Below are positions 35,019 through 44,862 of a DNA stretch of 45,016 nt, piece after piece. Made by a program: the position numbers and the translations under genes. Each line of letters begins with the position of its first letter. Within the stretch, counting starts at the first letter, position 1. This DNA is from Planctomycetota bacterium (GTDB lineage Bacteria > Planctomycetota > Planctomycetia > Pirellulales > Lacipirellulaceae): contig JBCCXZ010000028.1 of the NCBI GenBank assembly GCA_039190745.1, positions 1-45,016 on the forward strand, in the 5' to 3' direction. The notes under the pieces were generated by a model that did no database searches, was not told where the DNA came from, and saw only the letters and a program-made list of their open reading frames with translations.

Positions 35019-35609
35019 TTGCCAACGATCCTCGAGTGTATCGTCACCACACTGAACGCCGATGGCACGGTGAACGTCGCGCCAATGGGGCCCGAGGTGG
35101 ACGACTCGATGGACCGGGTGGTACTTAAGCCGTTCAAGACCTCGACGACGTATGCCAACGTGTCCCGCACCCGCACCGCAGTAGTCAACGTCACCGACGA
35201 CGTGCTGCTGCTCGCTCAGGCGGCGGTCGGCGCTCTGAAGACCCTGCCCGAGACACGCGCTTGCCCGGGAGCCGAAGGAGCGATGCTTGCCGACGCCTGC
35301 CGTTGGTACGCCCTCCGGTGCGACCACATCGACGACCGTGACGACCGGGTGCGGATCGACACGCGTGTTGTGGCACGAGGACGACTACGAGACTTCTTCG
35401 GGTTCAGCCGCGCCAAGCACGCCGTGGTCGAAGCAGCGATCCTCGCCACACGGGTCCACATGATTCCGCCGGAGGATCTTGCCAATCAGTTGAGCACCCT
35501 GGAGCCTCTGATCGCAAAGACCGGCTCCTCGCGTGAGCACGAGGCGTTTGCGTTGCTGCAGAAATACACGCAGCACTACGCTATAGCCCATAAGGGCGGC
35601 GGGCGATGA
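35019..35609 (+). CDS. DUF447 family methanopterin biosynthesis protein (Orf22-like)
   Basis: ILECIVTT..DG..NVAPMG, PFKTSTTY.N, GFSRAKHAVVEAAILATR..M, LIAKTG. The TTG start is inferred; there is no in-frame ATG before ILEC. Confidence 0.82.
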   Translation: MPTILECIVTTLNADGTVNVAPMGPEVDDSMDRVVLKPFKTSTTYANVSRTRTAVVNVTDDVLLLAQAAVGALKTLPETRACPGAEGAMLADACRWYALRCDHIDDRDDRVRIDTRVVARGRLRDFFGFSRAKHAVVEAAILATRVHMIPPEDLANQLSTLEPLIAKTGSSREHEAFALLQKYTQHYAIAHKGGGR

Positions 35610-36592
35610 GCACCGATGGACTCGTCGTGTCGGCCCCCGCCCGACTGCACTTCGGGCTGCTCCGCTTCAGCAATCCCAGCGGGCTGAGCTTCGGAGGGTT
35701 AGGGATGATGGTCCGCGACCCCCGCACCGTGGTGCGACTCAGTCGATCCCACAACTGGCAGTTCACCGGACCTTCCGCCAATCTCGCGCTCGCCGCCGCC
35801 AGGCACGCCGTTACCGCCGCCGAGGCCGCTGGCTCCGAGTGTTTCTCGATAGAAATCGCACAAGCCCCGCCACGGCACCGAGGTTTTGGGTCGGGCACTC
35901 AGCTCGCCCTCACACTCACGGCGGGAGTGCTTCGGCTGATGGGACGAGAATGGGAAGACGCCACGACGCTCGCCGCAGCCGCAAACCGAGCCCGCCGAAG
36001 TGCAATCGGCACCCACGGTTTCCTCCACGGCGGGCTGCTCTGGGAACGCGGCCGAGCCCCCGAACAGTCAATCTCCCCACTCGAAACGCGCGTGCTGGTT
36101 CCGGAAGCGTGGAGAGTGCTACTGCTCCAACCTCTCAGTCGAGAAGGGACGCATGGCCCCGCCGAAGCAGCCGTATTCGAGCAGCTGCCTCCGGTGCCAG
36201 CGGATGTGACCGAACGCCTCAAGCACCTGGCAGCTCAAGAGATTCTCCCAGCAGCGGTCGCAGGCGACTTCGCTCGTTTCACGTCCCACCTAGAGGCCTA
36301 CGGTGAGGCGGCGGGCAACTGCTTCTCCAGTGTGCAAGGCGGGCCCTTCGCAAACCAGCGGGTCGCAGACGTTGTGGCCGCCGCACGCGCCGCCGGCGCG
36401 CTGGGCGTCGGCCAGACGTCCTGGGGGCCGACAGTCTTCGCCTTCGCCGAAGACCAAGGGGCCGCGGAGGCGATCGCAGAGCAGCTCACCAGCCAGACCA
36501 CCGACCGATCGTTCGCAATCTCGATCACGAGACCCGACAACCACGGAGCAACGTTCTCGCTGCATGACCTGCCGTCGCGTAACCGTACTTAG
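35606..36592 (+). CDS. mptG: Beta-ribofuranosylaminobenzene 5'-phosphate (beta-RFAP) synthase, GHMP family
   Basis: [40 protein letters not shown] overlap with the DUF447 gene. Confidence 0.87.
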   Translation: MSTDGLVVSAPARLHFGLLRFSNPSGLSFGGLGMMVRDPRTVVRLSRSHNWQFTGPSANLALAAARHAVTAAEAAGSECFSIEIAQAPPRHRGFGSGTQLALTLTAGVLRLMGREWEDATTLAAAANRARRSAIGTHGFLHGGLLWERGRAPEQSISPLETRVLVPEAWRVLLLQPLSREGTHGPAEAAVFEQLPPVPADVTERLKHLAAQEILPAAVAGDFARFTSHLEAYGEAAGNCFSSVQGGPFANQRVADVVAAARAAGALGVGQTSWGPTVFAFAEDQGAAEAIAEQLTSQTTDRSFAISITRPDNHGATFSLHDLPSRNRT

Positions 36593-37479
36593 AGCAGGCC
36601 ATACCCGGTCAGCGTCTCTTGCAGAGCCTGTCGTTCGGCCGGCTCAAGCGCCGTCATCGGAAGCCGCAGCTCGCCGGAATCGCGGCCGAGCAGTTCCATC
36701 GCCGCCTTTACCGGAATGGGGTTGGTCGCGAGGGACAGCATGTCTCGGCAAAGCGGGAACAGTCGCTGGTGCCACTGTTGGGCGACGGCGAAGTCGCCGG
36801 CCGACGCGGCGTCGACCAAGGCCTTTACGTCGTTCGGAATCAGGTTGGCCGCGACGGAGATGACCCCGGCGGCCCCGACCGACATCAGCGGCAGGGTCAG
36901 GCTGTCATCGCCGCTGAGCACGGTGAGGTTCGTTGAGCACAACACGGCCGAGGCCTGATCCAGCGAGCCGGTCGCCTCTTTCACCACCGCGATGTTCTCC
37001 AACTCCGCCAGCCGGGCGATGGTTTCCGGTTCGATATTCTGCCCCGTCCTGCCGGGGATGTTGTACACGCACTGCGGCAGGCCCGTGCCTTCGGCCAGGG
37101 CCTTAAAGTGCTCGTAAAACCCCTGCTGAGTCGGCTTGTTGTAATAGGGCGCTACCTGCAGCGCTCCGTCCGCCCCGGCTGCCTCCGCCGAGCGCGTTAG
37201 CCGCAACGCCTCGGCCGTGCTGTTCGAGCCGGTCCCCGGCATCACCTTCACCCGCCCGGCGGCCGTCTCGCAGACGAATGAGATCACCCGATCGTGCTCG
37301 TCGTGCGAGAGCGTGGGCGATTCTCCCGTCGTGCCGACGGGGCAAAGACAGCTCGTGCCCGCGGCGATCTGAAACTCAATCTGCTCGCCGAACCGCTCGT
37401 AGTCGACCTCGCCGTCTTTCAGCGGGGTCACCAGCGCGACCGACAGCCCTGCGAATTGCTCTCCCTTACGCTCCGCCAT
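36589..37479 (-). CDS. dapA: 4-hydroxy-tetrahydrodipicolinate synthase
   Basis: [23 protein letters not shown], Schiff-base VKEA, LSGDD, NPIPVK. Confidence 0.95.
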   Translation of the reverse strand: MAERKGEQFAGLSVALVTPLKDGEVDYERFGEQIEFQIAAGTSCLCPVGTTGESPTLSHDEHDRVISFVCETAAGRVKVMPGTGSNSTAEALRLTRSAEAAGADGALQVAPYYNKPTQQGFYEHFKALAEGTGLPQCVYNIPGRTGQNIEPETIARLAELENIAVVKEATGSLDQASAVLCSTNLTVLSGDDSLTLPLMSVGAAGVISVAANLIPNDVKALVDAASAGDFAVAQQWHQRLFPLCRDMLSLATNPIPVKAAMELLGRDSGELRLPMTALEPAERQALQETLTGYGLL

Positions 37480-37589
37480 GCCCGCCTCCCGTGCGGTGTG
37501 GTTTGATCAGGCCGGGGCCTGCTTACGAGGGCAGCAATATACGGCGGCTGCCCGCCTCTGGGAACGGGCCGCTTCGAACGAGAACGCAC

Positions 37590-38303
37590 TCAGCTAATCA
37601 GCTTCTTCATATCGCGCACAGCTTGTTCAAGCCCCACCATGATCGAGCGAGAAATGATGCTGTGGCCGATGTTCAACTCGCCCATGCCCGGGATCGCGGC
37701 GACGGGAGAGACATTGCGGTAGGTGAGGCCGTGCCCAGCGTGCAGGGTCAGCCCGGCGTCGAGCACCTCCTTAGCCGCCTCGTGCAGAACGACCAGTTGC
37801 TCCGAGTTCGCGTGCTTGGCCGAGGCCTCGGCATACGCGCCGGTGTGCAGCTCGACCGCGTCGGCCCCGGCAGCGACCCCCGCCGCAATCTGACGAGAAT
37901 CGGGATCGAGGAACAGGCTCACCGTCACGCCCGCGGCCTTAAGCCGGCTTACCGCCTCGGCGATGCGCGACGCATTGCCCGCGACGTCCAGTCCCCCCTC
38001 GGTAGTGACCTCCTCGCGGCGTTCGGGCACGAGCGTGGCCTGATCGGGGCCGGCCTCGCAGGCGATCGCGAGCACGTCTTCGCTGCAGGCGACCTCGAGG
38101 TTCAGCGAGACCGCCACGGTCTGCCGGAGCAGGTGCAGGTCGCGCTCCTGGATATGCCGCCGATCTTCCCGTAGGTGGAGCGTAATGCCGTCCGCCCCGC
38201 CGAGTTCCGCGAGCGTGGCCGCCCACACGGGGTCGGGCTCGTTGGTCATCCGCGCTTGCCGGACGGTGGCCACGTGGTCGATGTTCACTCCCAGGGTCGC
38301 CAT
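37590..38303 (-). CDS. pdxJ: Pyridoxine 5'-phosphate synthase
   Basis: [48 protein letters not shown]. Confidence 0.96.
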   Translation of the reverse strand: MATLGVNIDHVATVRQARMTNEPDPVWAATLAELGGADGITLHLREDRRHIQERDLHLLRQTVAVSLNLEVACSEDVLAIACEAGPDQATLVPERREEVTTEGGLDVAGNASRIAEAVSRLKAAGVTVSLFLDPDSRQIAAGVAAGADAVELHTGAYAEASAKHANSEQLVVLHEAAKEVLDAGLTLHAGHGLTYRNVSPVAAIPGMGELNIGHSIISRSIMVGLEQAVRDMKKLIS

Positions 38304-38631
38304 CGAGTTGTCCTCGCCAGTTGGGATTGCGGCCGGACGCACGCCGCTGCTGCACGCCGTCCGACCGGGTGTTTTAAGGCCTCACCCGGTGGTGTGTCTA
38401 CGCTCCGGGCGTTGCGAAGCGGCAACGCATAGGGCTAGCCCGTGTGGTGAAAGTGACACGCAGAGCGGTAATCCGGGTTCGCGCTTCTCGTCCGCCGACA
38501 GGGAATCGAGGCTGAGCTTCTGGTTCTGCAAACGTGAACTACTGTTGATTGGAGCCGCCCCCGTGCAGCGGAGACAGACTCTTCTCGCACCTAGCCTCAT
38601 AGCGGCGGCACGAACACTCTTCGAGCACATC

Positions 38632-38964
38632 ATGCACTGCCAAGAACTAGCTGAACGGATCGAGAATCTCCAGCCCGATGCGTCTGCGCGCGATGTCGCC
38701 AGGCTCTGCCTGCTCTTGTCGAACGAAGCCGAAGACCTCGATCAGCTCCGCGACGACCGCAGCCTTGCCGATGCTTGGAAAGAGGTCAGCCTGAAGCTCC
38801 AGGCCGCGACCGATCAGCACGCGGCGATGACCCAGGAGCTGGACGATCTCGCAAACTCGGACCCGGAGAAGTTCAGCCGGGACCAGATCTGGATCCTCGT
38901 GCGTGCCATCAAAGTGCAGAGTCAGGTTCTGCAGATGTACGTCGGCAACGCCGCGCAGGTGTAG
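38632..38964 (+). CDS. Small helical hypothetical protein (110 aa)
   Basis: MHCQELAERIENLQP...QIWILVRAIKVQSQVLQMY has plausible codon usage and fills the gap before convergent mgtE. The upstream extension to 38185 is probably spurious. Confidence 0.7.
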   Translation: MHCQELAERIENLQPDASARDVARLCLLLSNEAEDLDQLRDDRSLADAWKEVSLKLQAATDQHAAMTQELDDLANSDPEKFSRDQIWILVRAIKVQSQVLQMYVGNAAQV

Positions 38965-38966
38965 CG

Positions 38967-40322
38967 TCAGCCGCCGGGCAGCAGCAGCATCGCAACGTTC
39001 ATGTAAACCACGATCCCGACGATGTCGATGATGCCGGCCACGAAGGGCGTGCTCATCAGCGCCGGGTCGAGCCCGAAGCGTTGGAACAGCAGCGGCAACA
39101 GCCCGCCGAGCAACGCGCCGCTCAGCACAACCAGCACCAGCGTCAGCGGCAGGACGAGGGCAGCGGTCGCCGACGGGGCCAAGAACACGCCGGCCACGTA
39201 GCCAATCGCCGCGAGGAAGAGCCCGAGCAAGCAGCCGATCGCAAGCTCGCGAAAGAGCACGGCCACCCACTCGGCGGGCGTGACTTCTTTGGTGGTGAGG
39301 GCGCGGATCACCAGCGTCGCCGACTGGCTGCCGGTGTTGCCGCCGCTGGAGATCACCACCGGGATGAACCACACCAGCCAAGCGATCTCCTCCAGCGTGC
39401 GGTTGTAGCTCTCGAGGGCAAGCACCGTCACGAGCGCCCCCGCGAAGAGCACGGCGAGCCAGCTCGCTCGGGCGCGCGTGAGCCGTAACAGCGGCGTGCT
39501 GATGTAGCCGTCGGGGATCGGCTCGACGGCCCCGGCGAGCAGCGCGTCCTCAGTCGCCTCTTCCTGCAAAGCGTCGATAACGTCGTCGTGCGTGATGATG
39601 CCGACGAGGTGCTGCTCGTGGTCCACCACGGGGATCGCGAGGAAGTCGTAGTCGGCCACCTTCTCGACGACGGCCTCCTGGTCGTCGGTAGCTTCTACGG
39701 TCACGAGGTCCCGCTCCATCAGGTCGCAGACGGTGATGTCCGGCTTGCCGAGGTGTGTGACGAGTTGCCGGGTCGAGACCAACCCGCGGAGGTGGTTCTC
39801 TTCGTCGACGATGTAGATGTAGTAGATCGTCTCGAGCTCTTCCGACTGCCGGGCGATCTCCTCCAGCGCTTGCCGGACCGTGAGCGCCTCGGGGAGGCGG
39901 GCGATGTCGGTCGTCATCAGCGAGCCGGCGGTGCCCTCGGGGTAGGCCCGCAGGCGGAGGATGTCGCGGCGTTCCTCGGCCGGCAGCAGCGGCAACAATG
40001 CGTCGACGGCCTGCTCGTCGGCCTGCTTGAGCAGGTCAACCGCGTCGTCGGGCGGCAGGTCGGCGATGAGGGCGGAGGCCTCGACCGGCTCGTTCGTGTG
40101 AACGAGCTCGATCTGCATCTCTTCGGGCAGGTAACCGAAGACTTCGGTACGGGTCGAACGGTCGGCGGCGGCGAGGACCCGCCAGGTTTCATCGGGGCTG
40201 AGGCCCTCCATGAACTCAGCGGTCCTTGCCGGGTGGAGGGCCTCGCAGAACTCGCGCAGGCCGTCCCGGTCGCCCTCGGCGAGCATCTCACGCAGCTCGG
40301 GCAGGTAGAGCGTGTTGATCAT
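38967..40322 (-). CDS. mgtE: Magnesium transporter MgtE
   Basis: YPEGTAGSLMT, CBS pair, GIITHDD, SSGGNTGSQS, DPALMSTPFVAGIIDIVG. Start placed at MINTLY. Confidence 0.95.
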   Translation of the reverse strand: MINTLYLPELREMLAEGDRDGLREFCEALHPARTAEFMEGLSPDETWRVLAAADRSTRTEVFGYLPEEMQIELVHTNEPVEASALIADLPPDDAVDLLKQADEQAVDALLPLLPAEERRDILRLRAYPEGTAGSLMTTDIARLPEALTVRQALEEIARQSEELETIYYIYIVDEENHLRGLVSTRQLVTHLGKPDITVCDLMERDLVTVEATDDQEAVVEKVADYDFLAIPVVDHEQHLVGIITHDDVIDALQEEATEDALLAGAVEPIPDGYISTPLLRLTRARASWLAVLFAGALVTVLALESYNRTLEEIAWLVWFIPVVISSGGNTGSQSATLVIRALTTKEVTPAEWVAVLFRELAIGCLLGLFLAAIGYVAGVFLAPSATAALVLPLTLVLVVLSGALLGGLLPLLFQRFGLDPALMSTPFVAGIIDIVGIVVYMNVAMLLLPGG

Positions 40323-40615
40323 GGCTGGCTCTCGTTTCTGCGTGCCGAGCGGGGCCCGCTTGCCGTTGGTTTGCTCTACCGGTTTGATCGAACGGCGGCG
40401 GCGGGTCAATGGCACGGCCGGCGGGGCGCGGCCCGACGTTGACACGTTTCTCGGCCGCGACTAGCCTAGCGCAATTGGTTGGCCCGTGTGGCCGGCCCCG
40501 TCGCTGCTCCTTCTAGCGTTGTCGTCTCTCGGGTGGATAGCCCAGGCGTGGTTCCGCTGATCCCTGCGAGTGGCGTCCCGATCAGGACCCTTCGCATTCG
40601 GGCGGGAAAGCCTCT

Positions 40616-41422
40616 GTGGACGCGATGCACGACGCCAACGCCGAACTCGAAGACGGCCCGGACAGGGATTCTCCGAACGCGGTCCCCAACGGCTCGGGCG
40701 CCCTTTCACGAACCGACCTGAGCGGCTGCCAGGAGTGTTTGGGTTACCGGTTTGCTCAGCCGGAGTTGCTCGAGGCGGCGCTCACGCACGCCTCGGGCGT
40801 CTCGCACCGGCTGGAGTCGAACGAGCGGCTGGAGTTTCTGGGCGACGCGATCCTCGGGCAGGCCGTCTGTGAGCGGTTGTTCTACAAGTACCCGGAGTAC
40901 TTGGAGGGCGAGCTGACGAAGATCAAGTCGGTGGTCGTGAGCCGCGAGACCTGTGCGGAGCTGAGCGAACAGATTGGGTTGGACCAGTACCTGATCCTTG
41001 GCAAGGGCATGGCGTCGGACCCTTCGATCCCGCGTTCGGTGTTGGCGGCAGGCTTCGAGGCGGTGATCGCGGCGATCTTTATCGACGGCGGGCCGGAGCC
41101 GGCGAAGGACTTCATCCTGCGGATGGTCGACGGCAAGATCGACGCCGCGGTGGCGAGCGAGTTCAGCGGCAACTACAAGTCGCAGCTGCAGCAGGTGGCT
41201 CAACGGGAGCACGGGGTGACGCCGATCTACCACTTGCTGGACGAGCAGGGGCCGGATCACAGCAAGTGCTTCAAGATCGCGGCTCAGATCGGCCCGCAGA
41301 GGTTCCCGGCGGCTTGGGGTCGGAGCAAGAAGGAATCGGAGCAGCGTGCGGCCCACAACGCGATCAGCGATCTGCGGGGCGAGGAAGCCCCGCACGCTTC
41401 GGACGCGCAGCCGGGCGGCTGA
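40616..41422 (+). CDS. rnc: Ribonuclease III
   Basis: ALTHAS, NERLEFLGDAIL, dsRBD NYKSQLQ...GPDH...GRSKKESEQRAA. Start uncertain. Confidence 0.95.
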   Translation: MDAMHDANAELEDGPDRDSPNAVPNGSGALSRTDLSGCQECLGYRFAQPELLEAALTHASGVSHRLESNERLEFLGDAILGQAVCERLFYKYPEYLEGELTKIKSVVVSRETCAELSEQIGLDQYLILGKGMASDPSIPRSVLAAGFEAVIAAIFIDGGPEPAKDFILRMVDGKIDAAVASEFSGNYKSQLQQVAQREHGVTPIYHLLDEQGPDHSKCFKIAAQIGPQRFPAAWGRSKKESEQRAAHNAISDLRGEEAPHASDAQPGG

Positions 41423-41740
41423 GCCCTGCTTCTCTTGTGCTTTTGACCCGCGTTGTGCTTTTTGGCACGCAGGCGGGTACACGCGGCGATACGCCAAAAG
41501 TCTGCTCTTATGTCAGGGTCCAATGAAGGTTCGTCCTCTAGGCGTAGCGTCGCGGCTCGTTAGGGGCGGACTTAACAAATCGAGTTTCCGTAAAAGCGGG
41601 TCGTGTTTTCTTGGACGAAACCATCGACGCGCACGTCGACGGCCGACTATGCGCATCGCGGGCGATGAAGGCGTACGGTTGGGTTGTCAAAGAGCACGGC
41701 CCCACGTCCCTCTCTGTTTATCAAACGAAGTGGCCACTCG

Positions 41741-41890
41741 CTACGATTTTCTGGGCGGTTGTTTGGCGGCTCGGCGGCAACGGTCGCTGCAGTACTTGAC
41801 GGCGGGCCAGCAGCGGGCCCACTTCTTCCGCCACGTGAAAGGGCGGCCGCAGACCGGGCACGTTTTTTCGGGAAGGTCTCGCTTCTGCAC
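41741..41890 (-). CDS. DUF2256 family small Cys protein
   Basis: [34 protein letters not shown]. The GTG start is inferred. Confidence 0.8.
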   Translation of the reverse strand: MQKRDLPEKTCPVCGRPFTWRKKWARCWPAVKYCSDRCRRAAKQPPRKS

Positions 41891-41920
41891 GCCGTGTCCC
41901 GCGCTGAGAGTGGATTGAAG

Positions 41921-41953
41921 AAAACGCCCCGCCGGCCTGCCTGGCCGGCGGGG
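41921..41953 (-). terminator. Intrinsic terminator downstream of the PEP-CTERM gene
   Basis: 11-bp perfect stem CCCCGCCGGCC/GGCCGGCGGGG (41927-41953), followed on the minus strand by CGTTTTCTT. Confidence 0.7.
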
Positions 41954-41995
41954 TCGGTACTGTAGCAGCAAGAAAAACCTTCTGCGGGTCGGCTG

Positions 41996-42688
41996 CTAAC
42001 GGCCGGGCCGGGTAGCGGCTGCGAGCATCAAGAAGAGCACCGCCGTCGAGGGTTCGGGGATCGCTACCGCCACGAGCGGCAGCCCGAAGGCGTCGCCGGC
42101 GTTCGGGTTGCCGTTAACCTGGGCCGCGGTCCGTTCGAAGAACGCCCCGTCGAGGTGCTCGAACGTGCCGGCGAACGCGATCAGGTACTGCGGGAACTCG
42201 TCGCCCCAGTCGGTGACGTGGACGTGCGGATTGGGCGGGGTGCCGGGGGGGGCGTTCACCGGCCCGTCGATGGACCAGAAGTTGAGGCCCGCCATCCGCT
42301 CGTCACCGATGTTGATCCCGTCGGGGCCGTCGAAGCGTCCCGCCTGGAGCACCAACCCGGTGTTGGTGTCGAAGTTGAAGTTGAAGCCGGGCATGGTGGT
42401 GTGGTTGTCTGAGAATTCCCGCAGCGGGACCCCCAAACCGTCGCGGACGACGAAGTCGAACGCGGTCAGCTGGTCTGGGCGGACGATGCCGTCGGCCGGC
42501 ACTTGGCTTTCGTCAAAGCTGAAGAATCCGTCTAGGCTGAATGACTCGAACTGCCCCTCCCAGCTAAGCCGGTAGAGCGACTGCGCCGAAGCCGGCGCTG
42601 GTGCGAAGACCACGAGTAGTACCAAGCAGGCGGAAGCCGAGGCGACGCCCGCCCGGGCTCCTGGGCGCAAACGTTTTTGAAGCATCAT
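41996..42688 (-). CDS. PEP-CTERM surface protein
   Basis: Signal peptide ending APAPASA; C-terminal IPEPSTAVLFLMLAAATRPGR; GAGGGA upstream of the start. Confidence 0.85.
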   Translation of the reverse strand: MMLQKRLRPGARAGVASASACLVLLVVFAPAPASAQSLYRLSWEGQFESFSLDGFFSFDESQVPADGIVRPDQLTAFDFVVRDGLGVPLREFSDNHTTMPGFNFNFDTNTGLVLQAGRFDGPDGINIGDERMAGLNFWSIDGPVNAPPGTPPNPHVHVTDWGDEFPQYLIAFAGTFEHLDGAFFERTAAQVNGNPNAGDAFGLPLVAVAIPEPSTAVLFLMLAAATRPGR

Positions 42689-43435
42689 CGTTGTTCCCTC
42701 TTTCTGATCAGCCGTCTGGGACGCGACTCGGTGTGGTCCCCGACGGCGGCTGTCCGTAAGTGTTCCGTGCGGCCCGGCGGGCCGCTTACTCAAACGCAGA
42801 AGGGACTCGTGAGACGCCCCCGAACAATGGAGCGGAGCGAGCCGGTCGCGGCACAGCAGCCACAGCGGATTCTCCTCGCCGGCGCGTTTGGCCATGCCGT
42901 GCGGTTGGCCAAAGCAGACCAAAGGTCCGCGTTCCCTCAGCGACCAAACTTGAAGAGGTTTGGCGCCTTCAAATCGGGCTCGGGGGCATCGGGTGATTTC
43001 TCATTAGCGGTCACCCTTTGGCGGCGAGGAGGAACCGGGCGTGCGGTCCGATTAGAAACTGTGAGATGTGAGCCTGCCGACAGGACGCCCGTTGAATCGC
43101 GTCACCAAGACCATCGCCTGATCGTATCTGGGTGACGGTGTGGGTCCTAGTGTGCAGGCACTGCAAACGGATGCATTCCATGCAAGCGGCTAGCCACCGT
43201 CGCGGCAGTAGGAAAGCGGAGGCTTGTGATGCACCATCGTGCTGGCTTTTTCAGTCTTTCTCCACCGCGAGCAGGGCAAGCAACCAACGCCGAGGCTGAT
43301 GCGGTCTGTGTGCTGGGCGTGGGGACAGTGGACGACCGGCCGTCGATTAGCTCTGCTAGGAACTCGTTTGTGGACCGCTCTCTAAACGGGGACGGCCCAG
43401 GACTTGTTCGGAACCACCCTCGGAAGGTTGCTGCC

Positions 43436-44674
43436 GTGCTTGGAGCTTCTCGATTGCTGTCGTTGATTGTCGTAGTGACCTTGATGCAAGCGGCGCCGGC
43501 TGCTCTCGCGGAGTGGCCGCAGTGGCGGGGGCCGACCCGTGACGGGGTCGATCCGGGGCCGGCTTGGCCGGAATCGATCGGCGAAGAGAACCTCAAGCAA
43601 CTCTGGCGGGTTGAACTGGGGCCGAGCTACTCGGGGCCGATCGTTGCCGAGGGGAAAGTGTTCACGACCGCGACGATCGACAAGCAGACCGAGCACGTCT
43701 ACGCCTACGACGTCGCCAGCGGCGAGCGGCTGTGGGAGGCCTCCTGGGACGGCGCGATGGAGGTGCCTTTCTTTGCGGCGCGGAACGGGAGCTGGATCCG
43801 AGCCACCCCCGCCTACAGCGATGGGCTGCTCTACGTGGCCAGCATCCGCGATGTGCTGGTGTGCCTCGACACAGCCGACGGATCGGAACGGTGGCGGGTC
43901 GACCTCGCGGAGAAATACGGCTCGGGCGTGCCTAAGTTCGGTTGCGCCTCGTCTCCGCTGGTGCACGGCGACGGCGTGTACGTCCAGGCGGGCGGGGGTT
44001 TCTGCAAGCTCAACAAGCAGACCGGCGAAGTGGCCTGGCGTGTGGCGGCGGACGGCGGCGGGATGATGGGCGGGGCCTTCAGCTCACCGGCGTTTGCCGA
44101 GATCGCCGGTCGGCCGCAGATGCTCGTGCAGACGCGGACGGCGCTGAAGGGGATCGAACCCGAGACGGGCGAGGAGTTTTTCTCGCAGCCCATCGAAGCC
44201 TTCCGCGGCATGAATATCCTGACGCCGACGGTGGTTGGCGACGCGGTGTTCACCAGCGCCCACAGCGGGAAGTCGCAGCTGTGGCGGCTGACGGGCGCGG
44301 CGGGCGGCATCGAGGTCGCCGAAGCATGGCAAGACAAGGCCAAGGCCTACATGTCGTCGCCGGTGGTGGTCGACGGGCACGCCTACATGCACCTGCAGAA
44401 CCAACGGATCACGTGCCTCGACCTGGAGAAGGGCGAGGAGACTTGGCGCTCGAAGCCTTACAGCAAGTACCAGAGCATGGTGACGCAGGGCGACCGCATC
44501 TTGGCGTTGGACGCCGAGGGCGAGCTCTTGCTGCTGAAGGCCGAGCCTGCGGAGTTCACACTGCTGGAGAGCCGGCGGGTGAGCGAGGACGAGTGCTGGG
44601 CCTATCTGGCGGTGAGCGGAGGGCGGGTGTTCGTGCGGGAGCTGAACGCGTTGGCGGTTTATTCTTGGGAGTGA
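43436..44674 (+). CDS. PQQ-binding-like beta-propeller (BamB-like) protein
   Basis: Signal peptide, then EWPQWRGP, LGPSYSGP, WIRATP, FGCASSP, YMSSPV, CWAYLAV..RVFVR. The GTG start at 43436 is inferred. Confidence 0.88.
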   Translation: MLGASRLLSLIVVVTLMQAAPAALAEWPQWRGPTRDGVDPGPAWPESIGEENLKQLWRVELGPSYSGPIVAEGKVFTTATIDKQTEHVYAYDVASGERLWEASWDGAMEVPFFAARNGSWIRATPAYSDGLLYVASIRDVLVCLDTADGSERWRVDLAEKYGSGVPKFGCASSPLVHGDGVYVQAGGGFCKLNKQTGEVAWRVAADGGGMMGGAFSSPAFAEIAGRPQMLVQTRTALKGIEPETGEEFFSQPIEAFRGMNILTPTVVGDAVFTSAHSGKSQLWRLTGAAGGIEVAEAWQDKAKAYMSSPVVVDGHAYMHLQNQRITCLDLEKGEETWRSKPYSKYQSMVTQGDRILALDAEGELLLLKAEPAEFTLLESRRVSEDECWAYLAVSGGRVFVRELNALAVYSWE

Positions 44675-44862
44675 GGGGATTTAGCCACAGATGGACGGAG
44701 GCACGGAGGAAGAAAGACTAAGAGAAAGAGGACAGGATTACAGGATGGGATTGGATGCACGGGATGAAGTACAGAGGGCGTTCAGCGGACGCCTTTGTTC
44801 GAGCATGCCCACGCTCGCGTGAGGGTATCCGGTAATTCCCTCCTCGCGTGGCGCCCTCAAAA

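Noticed and set aside
38431..38480. Resemblance to a c-di-GMP-I riboswitch (GAAA loop, ACGCAGAGC)
   Set aside because: GGCAAAC and the tetraloop-receptor stem are not convincingly present. It is kept only as a generic structured region.
40323..40615. Possible M-box (ykoK) or yybP-ykoY riboswitch upstream of mgtE
   Set aside because: No consensus nucleotides were recognised by eye; an Rfam scan would be needed.
42930..42975. Minus-strand fragments resembling glycine (GAAGGCGC..CTCTTCA) or cobalamin (AGGGAA) riboswitches
   Set aside because: The required partner motifs (GGAGA for glycine; GGTG..AATCC and GCnACTG for cobalamin) are missing.
43348..43358. TAGC-TCT-GCTA considered as a further MntR box
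   Set aside because: The spacer is 3 nt rather than 4, and the flanks do not match the two boxes at 1834-1886.
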